Shown here one piece after another: positions 39,650-53,500 of a stretch of 64,000 nucleotides of DNA. The stretch is from Antedon mediterranea. Taxonomy: Eukaryota; Animalia; Echinodermata. The stretch is from NCBI RefSeq assembly GCF_964355755.1, contig NC_092674.1:1-64000 (forward strand), written 5' to 3'. A program made the position numbers and the translations under genes. The first letter of the stretch is position 1, and the number at the start of each line of letters is the position of its first letter. The notes under the pieces are model-generated. The model was not told where the DNA came from. It made no database searches and saw only the letters and a list, made by a program, of their open reading frames with translations.

Positions 39650-41339
39650 CCGTAAATCTTCTAATTGTAACCCGGGTTATATTATTCTTTGATTGTTTTG
39701 TAGGGTGGGTTACTATTAAAAGGGGGGTTATTATAGAGTAACATAATAACCCCTTTCTAATAGTACTAATCTTAAATTAGGCACCTGAAAATATTAACCC
39801 ACCCCTAACTTTTCCGGTCAGCAACTCATATAGCAAAATAATAAAATAGTACGAATAAACAAATTTGGTTGAACTCTAACTTCATTTTATAAACTCAAAA
39901 ACACTCCCGAGATCAACATGCATTATTGTTATGTCGCTACTTGTGGTCGAAAATCAATAGAAAAAATATTTGATGAACTGTCAAGGGTTGTAATTAAAAT
40001 ATCCTTATTTTGAACTAAAACTGGAACAATAATCGAGGCATAGGCTGGAGTACTTACATACAAATAAAGGATCATCGACAGTCACATTGTGAAAAATGCC
40101 ATTAAGGAATAAATCGTGTTAAAAGCAAATTCAAATGTTGATTTTAGTGTCATATTCAGGCCCGTAGCCAGGGGGGGTTTTTATGGTTCGGGCGAACCCC
40201 CCTTTACAGCGAACCCCCCTTAACCGACTGCGAACCCCCATCCCCGACATGCCCAATACCTCACCCTCATCTCCAAAACTCCTCCAAATACGTGCCCCAC
40301 AGTACAAAAAATTGTTTGTAAATTGAAAAATGCGTAAACTTGTTCGTGAACCTTCTTCTCTGTATGAGCGTCAACTAGCGATACGTGTCTGTAAATTTCT
40401 AAAAGCTGCAAATGAATTGCCGATTTTAACCTGAAAAATAAATGTTTGGTCCCTGCATGTAACATGATATTGACGCGTCTCATAGCGAACTGGGGCACGA
40501 ACGATTCGTACAAAGGACACCGCCAGACAACTGCGTACCTATAATTGTTTAGATCACTGGCAGTCAGGCAGCATGCATAAAGTATATAGCCTTCCGACGT
40601 ACATCAGTATTTATGTGTGACTATGAAGTATAATGTATCATAGAGGATTATAGTGAATATTAAAATTTTACACTATAATATCTATGGTATCAAGTACTGT
40701 AGTTCACATTATGGCATCCGATTATTTTTTTCTAGACCACCAGCCGATACGTACTAAAATGTATCAATATCACCTATTTAAATATTTATATTCCTCAACA
40801 AATTGCTGTAAATAAATATTATAGATAGAGCTAGCAAATAGCATTTGCCTTCAACCAGTGTTCTTTTTTCGGGGCTGCTCCTAGATGTACGTTCGCATTG
40901 AACTTGAACGCAAAACAAAATACGGAGTAAATGATCAAACAATCGGCGGTTCCGCACAGAGCACGCGCATCTAACATACGGCAACAAATAGTTATCGTCC
41001 TTTAAATTATCGACGTGTTTGAAAAGGAGGAAAAAAGTACGATCTTTTTGCTCATTGGTAGCATGCTGCACGAGAGTGTCTTTTCCGGCCATCTAGGGGT
41101 GTCATTTAACAAAATTCGCTTCGCATCAGGCCCCACCCCCAGGGGTGGGGGGGGGGGGGGTTGACCCAAATATTTAGTGTCCGAACCCCCCCTTGACCGA
41201 TCCTGGCTACGGCCCTGATATTGTCAATAGTTTTACTAGTGACTCTAATGTTAGTGGGTTAGATTGACTTATAAGGTGGGTTACTATTAGAAGGCGGGGT
41301 TACTATATTAGAGTGTGAGTTCTATTAGAAGATGTACGG
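39650..41339. mobile_element. Non-autonomous Tc1/mariner (pogo/Tc2-like) element with TA TSD; hosts a nested insertion
   Basis: TA|CCGTAAATCTTCTAAT ... ATTAGAAGATGTACGG|TA termini; subterminal GGGTTACTATTA repeats at both ends. Confidence 0.75.
40157..41217. mobile_element. Nested hAT-like non-autonomous transposon with 5-bp TSD
   Basis: TIR CAGG(C/G)CCGTAGCCAGG at both ends; ATATT duplicated at 40152-40156 and 41218-41222; subterminal CGAACCCCC repeats. Confidence 0.8.
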
Positions 41340-42341
41340 TATACAAGAACCATTGTGTAGACACAATTTTTATGTGTGTAGATATAGCTCGTAGAAATTA
41401 TAGTGTACACATCTTTAGCCTAAAAAGTAGTGTCCCGCTTTGTGATAATATCTGCAAAATTCTGTTTAGACATAGAACAATACTTCGATCGGTTGATAAC
41501 AACATTTCTTTCCCAACAAATATTTCAAAGAAAAAAAAACACATGTTCACATGAATTTTTTTTTATAGTAGCAGCATATAGTAGTAGGCCAAAATGTTAA
41601 TGGAATATGTTCAAGAATTATTCCATGATATCTCAGCAAGTGTACTAAATGCATTTAGAAAATTAGTCAAAAAACAATCTCGCATCGGAACGGCATAGCA
41701 TCTAAACTTAATTTTCTTTACTTCTTTTTAAACTTCTTTTACCTCAAGGACTCCTTGATTTTATTATTGTTTTATATCTTGTTTTTTTATTATTTTTTTA
41801 TCCATATTAACTTGTTTTATGTTATTTTGATCAAATGAATGAATGAATGTAGGCGGCTATTGTTTAGAGAGCGGCGGCTCACTCGTCACAATTAAGTTTT
41901 CCAATTCGATACTTTTTCTCTCTTATCTTGGATCATGATTTATTTTACAGCATGATCTTGAATTGATTTTACAACTCATAAAATATATCTAATTTAATAA
42001 TATCTATTTAATATAGAAATAAAAAAGGATTTAGGCCTATCAAATCTTTTAATAATAGTAATTTATTCAAGTGTCACAACAAGATCATAACAAAATATAA
42101 CAAAAACGGAAATTAATCGAACCAGGGTTTTTTCCAAATGATTACTATGGTAGTCTATGTAATCAACAACAGCAGACATGGAAAATTGTAATCATAGTGA
42201 TTATTAAATCTAAGAATGGACTAAGTTACTAAGTCTATAAATAGTGTACCTACTGTAAAGTATACAATGCATTTGGCCTACCTATAGTCAAAACCTGTTG
42301 GGACTATTACATACACACAACATGAACTCATGTGTATTTAC

Positions 42342-43680
42342 GGGTGCAGGTCAACTCGGCCCTAAACCGTCTCGGCCAAAGTCAAGTCGGCCCCACGTCA
42401 AGTCGGCCCCAAGTCAAGTCGGCCTCAAGTCAACTCGGCCTCACGTCAACTCGGCCTCAAGTCAACTCGGCCTAAAGTCAACTCGGCCAAAAACTAATCC
42501 GTCAACTCGGCCTTTAAAAAGTATGGAACGCCAAAAGTGCTAATATAGTAGTTCATTTATTACAATGGCAGGATATAGTACGGTTAGGCCTACATAATAG
42601 ATGAAATAAAACGGAAATTTCAAATTTGATTATAATGGAGAATCCAATGAATACATTTATGGGAAATTTTCAACGTGAGGCGCGCCCGTTCACCGTTCCG
42701 TTTAAAACATTCACACCTGTTCCGTTTTGTGACGTGACGTTAAAATAGCAGCCGTTTCTGGATGATCATCGGATGATAGTGAGGAAGAAATTATTCTTTT
42801 TAGTTAAAGATGATATTACAAAACGGGACAAAAGATTCCCGATGATAGTATAACAACACACACCATGACAAATTCCATGAATCCATAATTAAATACAATA
42901 AAATCACAATCACATCCCTATGGACTGTTATGGAAGCAAATTTCTCTCTTTCCATGGTGTACTGTATTAATTATGAATAATTATGAAGTACTAAACGAAA
43001 TGAAAATAAAAATGTCATACAAAAAAACCGTAAGGCCTATTTGAAAATAATGCACATTCATGTCTGGGTGTGTGTGTGCATGTAACCTATACCCATAATG
43101 CTTATGCAATTTGTTTTCTTGCCTTTTGATTTGTTATGATTTTAATGTCATTTTATTCTTTTGATGTATATCTGTACAGTTTTAGACCGAAGTATATTGT
43201 TTAAATATTATTTTTTTTAATGTCTTCTTTGACAGTTATTCCTGTATACAAAATGTGAAGAAATATTTGTTTATTTCAAACAATATAAATAAATACTACC
43301 TATCAATTAATATTATTTAATCATTAATATTGAATTTTCCGTTGTATTTCGTCTATTTAGTATTATGTAGGCCTAACCGTACTATATCCTGCCATTATAA
43401 TATTAACTACTATATTAGCACTTTTTGCGTTTCATAGTTTTTAGAGGCCGAGTTGACGGATTAGTTTTTGGCCGAGTTCACGTGAGGCCGAGTTGACTTG
43501 AGGCCGAGTTCACGTGAGGCCGAGTTCACGTGAGGCCGAGTTGACTTGAGGCCGAGTTGACGTGGGGCCGAGTTGACGTGGGGCCGAGGTGACGTGGGGC
43601 CGAGTTGACTTGGGGCCGACTTGACGTGGGGCCGACTTGACTTTAGCCGAGACGGTTTAGGGCCGAGTTGGATCAAATTC
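42342..43680. mobile_element. Foldback-type non-autonomous DNA transposon with long, internally repetitive TIRs
   Basis: About 280 bp of inverted similarity containing GTCAACTCGGCC tandem subunits at both ends; 8-bp TSD GTATTTAC (42334-42341 / 43681-43688). Superfamily uncertain. Confidence 0.85.
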
Positions 43681-44064
43681 GTATTTACATAGCAGACTGT
43701 CTTAACTGTACCTGGTTTCAAATAACATTGTTGTACTCACAAAAGAGCGATTTTTTATGTTTTTACTTACAATAAACTAATCAACAAAATATATTATTTT
43801 TTAAGTTTTATAATTACAATAAAAATAGAAGGTTATATGTTTGAATTTCACAAGAAAAGAAAAACTGATTGAAAAAAAAGCTATCTACATTTCTTCAGCA
43901 TGTACATGATTACTAATAAATAACGAAAACAAATTTTGTTATATAATCATAGGTTTTTATGCATTAGTGTTGCTCTGGTATTAAAACAAAAGTCAGTTCT
44001 AGCTTTGACCAAACATAATTTCTCCAATTGAGTATTGGTCTGTTATAAAATATAAACTTTAAAA

Positions 44065-44171
44065 AGCTCTGTCTACACTATTAAACTATTTTGACAAACA
44101 ATATATCACTCTTATATTTTGGCACATCATATTTTTTTGTCAAACTACAGTTTGATAGTGTAGACAGAGTT
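44065..44171. mobile_element. Short MITE-like inverted-repeat element
   Basis: CTCTGTCTACACTAT...ATAGTGTAGACAGAG inverted termini extending inward to TTTGACAAA / TTTGTCAAA. Confidence 0.6.
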
Positions 44172-44545
44172 TTAGATAATCTCTTAAGATTGTCGAGTGA
44201 GGTTGGGCACTGTTAGGCCTACTTTATTAAACCTCAAAAAGAAAATTACTTTACCTAAAATATTTATAACCAACAAGAGTCATTAATAAATCTTATTTTA
44301 CATTAATTAATTTTGAAGCTATTTATTATTATAGTAATTAAAATCAATATTCTACAATTCAATTTGTAAATAGGCCACATAATTTTATATGATGTAACTA
44401 ATGCTTATTGTTGAAAAGCCAGACGAATACAAATAAAGCTCTTTGGACATCTTTGAATGACTAATGTTGAATAAATAATTTGATAAACTTTATCAATATT
44501 AGTCATTTGTAGTCGAGCAGAAAGAATTATTCAATGCTGCTGCTG

Positions 44546-47500
44546 CTATGCACGTGATTCAACTCGTATCGCATTGCGTTTTTGAAGTGATTTTCTGGAA
44601 CCACTACGGCTACGATTGCGTCTTAGGTGCACTGTTGGACGATGACTTCTTCTTGAAGACTCTGGATGTAAACAAAGATCAAAACATATTTATCAATCAA
44701 AAGGTAAAGGTTTACCCAAGGAATATTTTCACAAAAGTGCAAAATCTAATACAGTACTTTGAAATAAAATTAAACATGAGTAAATAATTCCTCCTGAAAA
44801 GTATTGGTGATTTGGAAGTTGTGTCATAATAAATAATAAAAATTAATCAGAATACTGTATATACTGTAGTATATAATAATTAGTCATAATACTGTACAAC
44901 TGTATATAATTAGTCATAATACTGTACATACTGTATATAATTAGTCATAATACTGTACATACTGTATATAATTAGTCATAATACTGTACATACTGTATAT
45001 AATTAGTCACAATACTGTACATACTGTATATAATTAGTCACAATACTGTACATACTGTATATAATTAGTCATAATACTGTACATACTGTATATAATTAGT
45101 CATAATACTGTACATACTGTATATAATTAGTCATAATACTGTACATACTGTATATAATTAGTCATAATACTGTACATACTGTATATAATTAGTCATAATA
45201 CTGTACATACTGTATATAATTAGTCATAATACTGTACATACTGTATATAATTAGTCACAATACTGTACATACTGTATATAATTAGTCATAATACTGTACA
45301 TACTGTATATAATTAGTCATAATACTGTACATACTGTATATAATTAGTCATAATACTGTACATACTGTATATAATTAGTCATAATACTGTACATACTGTA
45401 TATAATTAGTCATAATACTGTACATACTGTATATAATTAGGAAAGTAAATAAAGTTAGTGAATTAAAATGATACAATTAGCAAAAAAAGTGATGGTGGTA
45501 TAAAACAAAATGCTCACCTTAAACATAATCATATATATAAAACTTTTTCTGCTGTTAACATGAAAACAAAAGAAAAATCAAATGAAATGAAATTGTTAAA
45601 AACTAAATCAATGCATTAAGCATAAAACAATAAATTTTTAAATTGAATACAATGCAATGCAATTAAATCAGAGTTGTAGCCCGCATGTTGTGCAATGCAT
45701 GCATGTGGCAGTTCAAGGGGTTGTGTGTATTTAGCACTTTTCAAATTCAAATTCTTTATTGTAACAAAGTAAACATTGTTGAATTTACAATATTAAATAG
45801 CAGTGAATAAGTGCATTTTTTTAAAATATTAAATAGCAATTAAGATATAATTAAAAATACAAGTTCATTACAACATATAAAAATAACATTAAAATATTAA
45901 AAGCATTTGATAAAATTATAAAACAAGTGCTGAGTTTATAGGCCTACTGTATATAACATTTTTTGTTTTATCTTATTAAATATTAAAATCTCGGCTCAGT
46001 ATACCACCAGGGGTCCCTAACCGGGAGCCATGCTTCCTCAGTCCGACCCCAAAAGGGAAACGAAAAACTGTCATGACAAACAGGAGTGGGGGAGGGGGGT
46101 TGTCACAGACTGAATCACCATTCATGTGATAATCTGTAGTTGATAATAAAATGTCCAGATATGTTAGTTCTGACACATTATAAAATGATATTCTTATTGT
46201 TATGATGTTAACACCAAATAATTAATGTGATTAGTCTTGTAATTGATCAATGGGTATGGGTTAAAACCAGAACCAAACACACTTGTGGCTATGGCTTTAA
46301 ATAAATAATAAGTTGCTGATAGCTTTTAAAACATGGATGCAAATAAAATAAGATTAATTAGAATGTTAGCATGGCACCATGTTTATACATGACTACACAC
46401 CTTGAGGTACATATGAAACACTAGTACGAGTTGCACGCATTGCAAGTGATTCCAAGTAACCAGCAGGAACCCAGCCTTTTTCATTTGTCAAGTTTTTGCG
46501 TACAAGCCACCAGCCTGATTTTCCAACACGTTCTACTTCTACAATGTCGCCCTCTTTTACAGGAAGTTCGGTCTCCTCAACAGTCTCATATTCAGCAAGA
46601 ACAACGTATTGGTTCATTGCAATAACCTGGATCATAGTTTAGCAATGAATGTTAAGGGCTAATTATATATATGTTGATTGGTGGAAGCTTAGCATATAAC
46701 TCTCATTAGCAAAAGCAAGCATAGATGTTCTTTATAGTCATTTATAAATCGTTTAATAATTAAGCAACAATGAATAATATATTAGTTCTATATGCAATGA
46801 AAGATGTATGAGAAATTGTCATAAAGCTAAGTACACTGTATGGTATTATTAGTTATTTATAAATCATTGAATTATATTAACCCTAGCTTGAAAAATAATA
46901 TTAAATAATAATAAATTCAAAGAAACAACAAATATATGAAATGGTAAATAATTATATTTACTTGAGTGTTAACAGAACATGTGTCATCCATCCCATCATC
47001 AGAATCGCTAAATTCTTCACTAGCCCAACCATCCTCATCATTATCTGCTAAGGACATGTTGACAAAGTTCCCACTAGCAGATGATGTTTCACTTGGAGTC
47101 GGTGATGGGAGAACTGTTGTGTCATGTCCAAGATTATTATTAATTCTATGAAAAATAACAAGAACAATGTTGTGTTTGACACCTTTCAACAAATATATAT
47201 ATTTAGATATTACATTCCTTTGAAGTATTTTGTAATATAGATTTGTATAGCTTTACCTATTGTTATCAAATATTTCATGAGTCTTTTGTTCGATGAGGTC
47301 CTTCATAGCTGAAATAAAAAATATATTTTGAAAACAGATAAACAAATCAGTCATTACAAATTGTGAAACAAATACAAATAGGTTTATTAATAAATCTCAA
47401 AATTTTTACTTACCTAGCTCTTCCTCTAGCTGGCTGTGAAGTAGCTCCCTGATTTCTTTTACCCATGTTACTTTAGTCTCATCATTCACAGCCTATAGAC

Positions 47501-50500
47501 ATATCATTTCAAAATATTAAAGTATTACATTTACTATAAATTTTGTTTTGAAAAACCAAAAAAGTTTAACTTACCTGTATAATGTGAATTTCTGATTTAT
47601 CTTGCAGCCACAATTCAAATTTTCTCCTGTCTCCTTTTACATGTTCTGTAATTCCAAGGTCTTGTACCTGATTATTAAAGTAATTAATTTATTAATTTTC
47701 ATAAAGGTTTCATTAAAATTGTTAACTTATAGATAACCATTGTTCAATGCTAGAATACAATAAAGAATTAGTACGAACCCTTAACTTGTTCTTGTATGTG
47801 TAGCAGATTTTATCTTTCAAATCATCCCTTTTCTTGCAGAATAAAATACACTTCTCATAAAGAAACATATGCCTTTGCATTTTCTTAAATCTAATGTCTT
47901 TAATATTTCCTTTTTTGTGTTCAACCCATACATAGAAAGAACCTTGCATGAGTAGTTTTCCAAGATCTGAGAGTCTGCCATCAAAGCCTGTGATGGCTAT
48001 CTGATGCATTGAATCATTCACAAATTTCAAAACATGTAACATACAGTCTAGGGCTTTCTGAAGGTCAGACACACCCGTCTCAGCTGCTGAATATTTTAAC
48101 ATCTCCTATAAAACATTTAATCAAACAATTTATTCACAAGAAAAGTTTTTGATTGCGTTTACAATCCTAGTACTGTATGAAATAAAGAAAAATGATGGAT
48201 GACATTACAAAAACGTTTTTTGCCATTTAAATGAATCAATCAATAATCTTATAAAATAGAATACAAACATTTCCGACATGATAGAAAGATAATTCAGGAA
48301 ATGTATATGTATATGTATATGTAAATCAAAGAGCTGCATAGGCAGGATACAGAAAAAAATCAAGATCAAATAAGTTAAAACTGCCTCAATATAGAATTAT
48401 TTTAACAACATGTTTCGGGCATAGCCCATCATCAGGTGAAAAGAATTGTAACAAAGGATAACATATGTCACAAAATTACATAATAAAACAAATCAGCCAA
48501 TCAAAGATGTTAACAAACAAAAGGCATAGTTATAAAGGCACGCCTCCAAAAGCTATGGGGTACAAAGCAGGAATGGTTGCTTATAAAGCAGGAAATTTAA
48601 AACAAAGACAAAAGCTTCAAGTGTAAATAATTGTTAATATGTGAATGTCTCTGGCAAAATTAATGTTTAAAGGATCTAAATTGTACATTTATGCCGGTAG
48701 GGGCAAGAGTGCTAAGCTTTACTATTATTCTTTCTTCTATAATTCTACGAGATGTCTCAGAACCATTACATACTTTAACACCAGAAATTGTAATATCCGA
48801 AAGGGAATGCTCATTATTACAAAAATGGGTGGCTACAGGTAATCCGGGAGTCTTTAGTTTAATAGACCTTAAATGTTCTACAAACCTATCACCTAACCTG
48901 CATTTAGTTTCACCAATATAAAGCATATTACATTTAGTACACGAAATACAATAAACTAGATTTCTAGTGGTGCACGTAATACGATCTGTGATAACATAAT
49001 TACCAGAAGGTCCTACTTTTTGGTTTGAACATGAAACGTAATTACATGTCGAACATCTATTTCTATTACATTTGAATGTTCCAGTTGATTCATTACCTTT
49101 GTTTTGTAATTTAGATTTAACTAAAGTTTCTTTAATGCTTTGATCACGTCTGTAAGCTATCATGGGTGGTTCTTGAAAAATATCTTTTGTAGCGGATTTA
49201 TCTTCAGTCAAAATTGAAAAGTTATCGCGGACAATGTTAATAACCTTTTTATTCATAGGATGATACGTGAGGACTAGAGGTATGCGGTTACAAGCATTTG
49301 TATTATGTGTAGGTTGCAATGTGTCCTCGTCGTGCGTTAACTGGCAAACTTTTCTTAGAGATTTCACAGTAATGTCAGATGGATATTCGCGTGCATTGAA
49401 AAAATCGATCATCTCAGATGCTTTGATGTTAAAGTCATCATCATCGCTACATAAACGTCGAAGTCTAACAAGTTGCGAATACGGTATAGCATTCTTACAA
49501 GCTGGAGGATGCGAAGAGTTGTAATTTAGATAAGTGTGCGCGTCAGTATCTTTGTAGTGAACGGATGTAGAAAGACCAGGTTTATCAATAGATAAACTAA
49601 TATCAAGGAAAGGCACACACTTGTCAGAAATTTCATGAGTAAACTTTATAGCAGGATGAAAATTGTTCACGAAGTTAATGAACTCATTAAGTATATGTAT
49701 ATGTATATATGTATATGTAAATCATACTGTAAATTATAGAAACAGTGCTCATATTCGGAACATGATCTCATAATCGCGTTGAACATAGCTCATTGGCGAA
49801 AGTTCCGTATTTTTTAGTTGTATGAAAAAATGTCTCTGGCTGTGTATGTATATGTATATGTATATGTATATGATGAACAAAGGTGTTTAAGTTAAGCATT
49901 GTCACGCAAAAAATACACGACATGATAGAAAGATAATTCAGGAAATGTATGAACGAAGGTGTTTAAGTTTAGCATTGTCACGCAAAAAATACACGACATG
50001 ATAGAAAGATAATTCAGGAAATGTATGAACAAAGGTGTTTAAGTTTAGCATTGTCACGCAACAAATACACAAGTGGATTTACCTTAAGCAATAGCTGATA
50101 TTTTGTTATCCTTTGAACTGGTTTCAACAAATATGCACTTAAAGGTAACCTATGGCCCAACTGCTTTTGACACTCCTGCAAAACAGAATATCATCAAACA
50201 CTGAATGATTGCTTTGAAATTAAAATTTAAATAATTCAGAAGCTTTGTAATGCTAACACACATTTTCTATGTAGTAATATTAACAGGTGTCACTGTATGA
50301 GCAGGGAGTTGTTAAATAAATTTATTTTACAACTCCCTGGTATGAGTAAACATTGCTGTAATTAAATTTTAGACACGACATGAAGCAATTTTGAAAATGT
50401 CGTAATAACATGCAGATTTAGAATCAAACAGTCATCCTTGTGTTGTGAATACTTACAACAAAGAATGGGTTGTCATTTCCACACTCCCTTCTTAGCACCT

Positions 50501-53500
50501 CAGCCTGTGGTTTATTTTGGCAATAAATACTATACAATTTATTAATTTCATGCTCCTGAAAAATCAAACGACAAATCAAGCACACCATGAAATTAAATGT
50601 TGTCTCACTAATATTGTACTTTCTTTTAAATTTAACTCAAACATCTGTGGCCATCTATAAGAAATATTTTCTGTGCTAAAAAAGTATATAGCATGTAGAG
50701 ATAGAAGGCCCTATAATGAAAAATGTAATTATTAAAATAATTTGTTAAATTTAATGCATGCTTTTGGTAAAGATAGAGTATTTGTTTGTAAAACTTTTTT
50801 ATTACTATTATTGTAGAGTTTCTAATAACAATATTTTAAATAATTGATATGATAATAATTGATATGATAATAATTGATATGATAATAATTGATATGATAA
50901 TAATTGATATGATAATAATTGATATGATAATAATTGATATGATAATAATTGATATGATAATAATTGATATGATAATAATTGATATGATAATAATTGATAT
51001 GATAATAATTGATATGATAATAATTGATATGATAATAATTGATATGATAATAATTGATATGATAATAATTGATATGATAATAATTGATATGATAATAATT
51101 GATATGATAATAATTGATATGATAATAATTGATATGATAATAATTGATATGATAATAACTGTATTAATGTTTTATTATTTCAAACTGGCTATGTGATTCA
51201 TACAAGTATAAAATTAATTGTGACTCAGGAACTTGGGTCCCAAAGCTTCGTGTGAATTTCCCATGGACTAATAGTGACAACAGTCATAATACTATAGTTT
51301 AAACAAGGTTTTGAAGGTTATAACTGACTTCTAACTGTATTAAATTGATTAAATGAAAATGGCAACATAAAACCATAACTAATGGTTATGTTCAGTATGT
51401 TATTTAATTCATCTATTACATTCCATTCCTTTTGTCAATTTATACCATTTAATTCATCTATTACATTCCATTCCTTTTGTCTATTTATACTATTTAATTC
51501 ATCTATTACATTCCATTCCTTTTGTCTATTTATACTATTTAATTCATCTATTACATTCCATTCCTTTTGTCTATTTATACCATTTAATTCATCTATTACA
51601 TTCCATTCCTTTTGTCTATTTCTACTATTTAATTCATCTATTACATTCCATTCCTTTTGTCTATTTATACTATTTAATTCATCTATATTACATTCCATTC
51701 CTTTTGTCTATTTATACTATTTAATTCATCTATTACATTCCATTCCTTTTGTCTATTTATACTATTTAATTCATCTATTACATTCCATTCCTTTTGTCTA
51801 TTTATACTATTTAATTCATCTATTACATTCCATTCCTTTTGTCTATTTATACTATTTAATTCATCTATTACATTCCATTCCTTTTGTCTATTTATACAAA
51901 TTAACGGACGTAATCCAGTACAGACGCGCCCTATCTGGCAGCGAAGAAAATACTTATTTTCATGCTTTTTTGTTTTCTTATTTGATGTTTGGTGTGGATA
52001 TTCTGTTTGCATTTAACTGTCTGTTTGTGGTGATGTGATTTGTTTGGTGAAACTTTGTTTGTGCTGTCTTAAAATTGTCAAGTTGGAACTGTACTAAAGC
52101 TAGGCCCATTGTTGGTACATATAACATCTCGGATTCGCCGGAAACGTTGCAGTGGTGGAGAGGCTTGTCCTGACGGAACATTCCAGTGATCCTCATTTGC
52201 ATAACAATGTGTTTCAGTAGAGAGCGTATCGCAGGCTATAAGTATTCCGACGCTAAACTAAGCAAGGATGTATTCGTTTCTCTTAAAGAGCTGGGAATTC
52301 TAGCCACCCACCATCGCGGTTGTCGTGGAGGTAGATTCAAACAGAGAGTAATACCAGTTAGGATATCCTCAAGACATAACCATAGGCAGTGTGGAAAAGG
52401 TTCCAGTGGATGTAACCCTAACAACCTTGTTCATCTCGCTCAACAATATACTGGGTGGAATTTTCCTTCGTTTTTTAGTAGTAGGAGTAGTCGTATATGT
52501 GAAAGACTCAATTCCTTATAAAGTTTGGTCAGAAATTAAGAATGAAGCATTCGAGAGTATATGGATAACCATTCGTCCCAAACGCTTGCCACGCAAAATC
52601 GCCAATATAACCATAGGATTGATCTACCACCCTCCAAATTCAAATGATTTAGAAATGTGCAACCATATTATTCACAGTCTTGATTATGTGTGCTCAAAGC
52701 ACCCGGAAACCGGCATCGTGATTACTGGTGATTTTAACCGCATGAAGGACTATAAATTGGTAAAGTTCCCGCTAAAGCAATTAAGGATGAAGCATTCGAG
52801 AGTATATGGATAACCATTCGTCCCAAACGCTTGCCACGCAAAATCGCGAATATAACCATAGGATTGATCTACCACCCTCCAAATTCAAATGATTTAGAAA
52901 TGTGCAACCATATTATTCACAGTCTTGATTATGTGTGCTCAAAGCACCCGGAAACCGGCATCGTGATTACTGGTGATTTTAACCGCATGAAGGACTATAA
53001 ATTGGTAAAGTTCCCGCTAAAGCAACTAGTTAAAATACCCACAAGAAAGGAAGCGATTCTCGATTTGTTTTATACGTCATTGGGAGAGTTTTATTTGGCC
53101 CCTATCACCGAGCCTCCTCTTGGCCTTTCGGACCATAGGGTAGTTATCTGCAAGCCGGTCGCAAATGTGAAACTTGATCACTACTACACTAACAAGAGCC
53201 TTAAGAGGTTGTTTAAACAGAACAATAAACTTTTGTTTTTTGAGGACATTTGTAGTATTAGATGGCATGATATGTATAAGTTAAATGATTGTTATAGTCA
53301 ATTTAAGTTTTTTAATGATAAGTTACAATCTTTATATAACCATCATTTTCCCCTTGTTCCCTTAACACAGTATGTGATGGATAAACCCTGGGTTACTTCC
53401 AAATATAAGAATCTTATTCGTAAACGTCAAATTGCTTTTAAGGAAGGAAATCTTATTGAGTTCCGCTCACTGAGAAACAAAGTTAACCGGATGTCAAAAT

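Noticed and set aside
42298-43721. ORFs 42298..42543 and 43461..43721 with similar KSTRPH repeats
   Set aside because: They are the two inverted, repetitive termini of one non-autonomous transposon.
50849-52038. Periodic ORFs (MIIID; FNSSITFHSF; INRQKEWNVIDEL)
   Set aside because: Products of 15-bp and 45-bp minisatellites.
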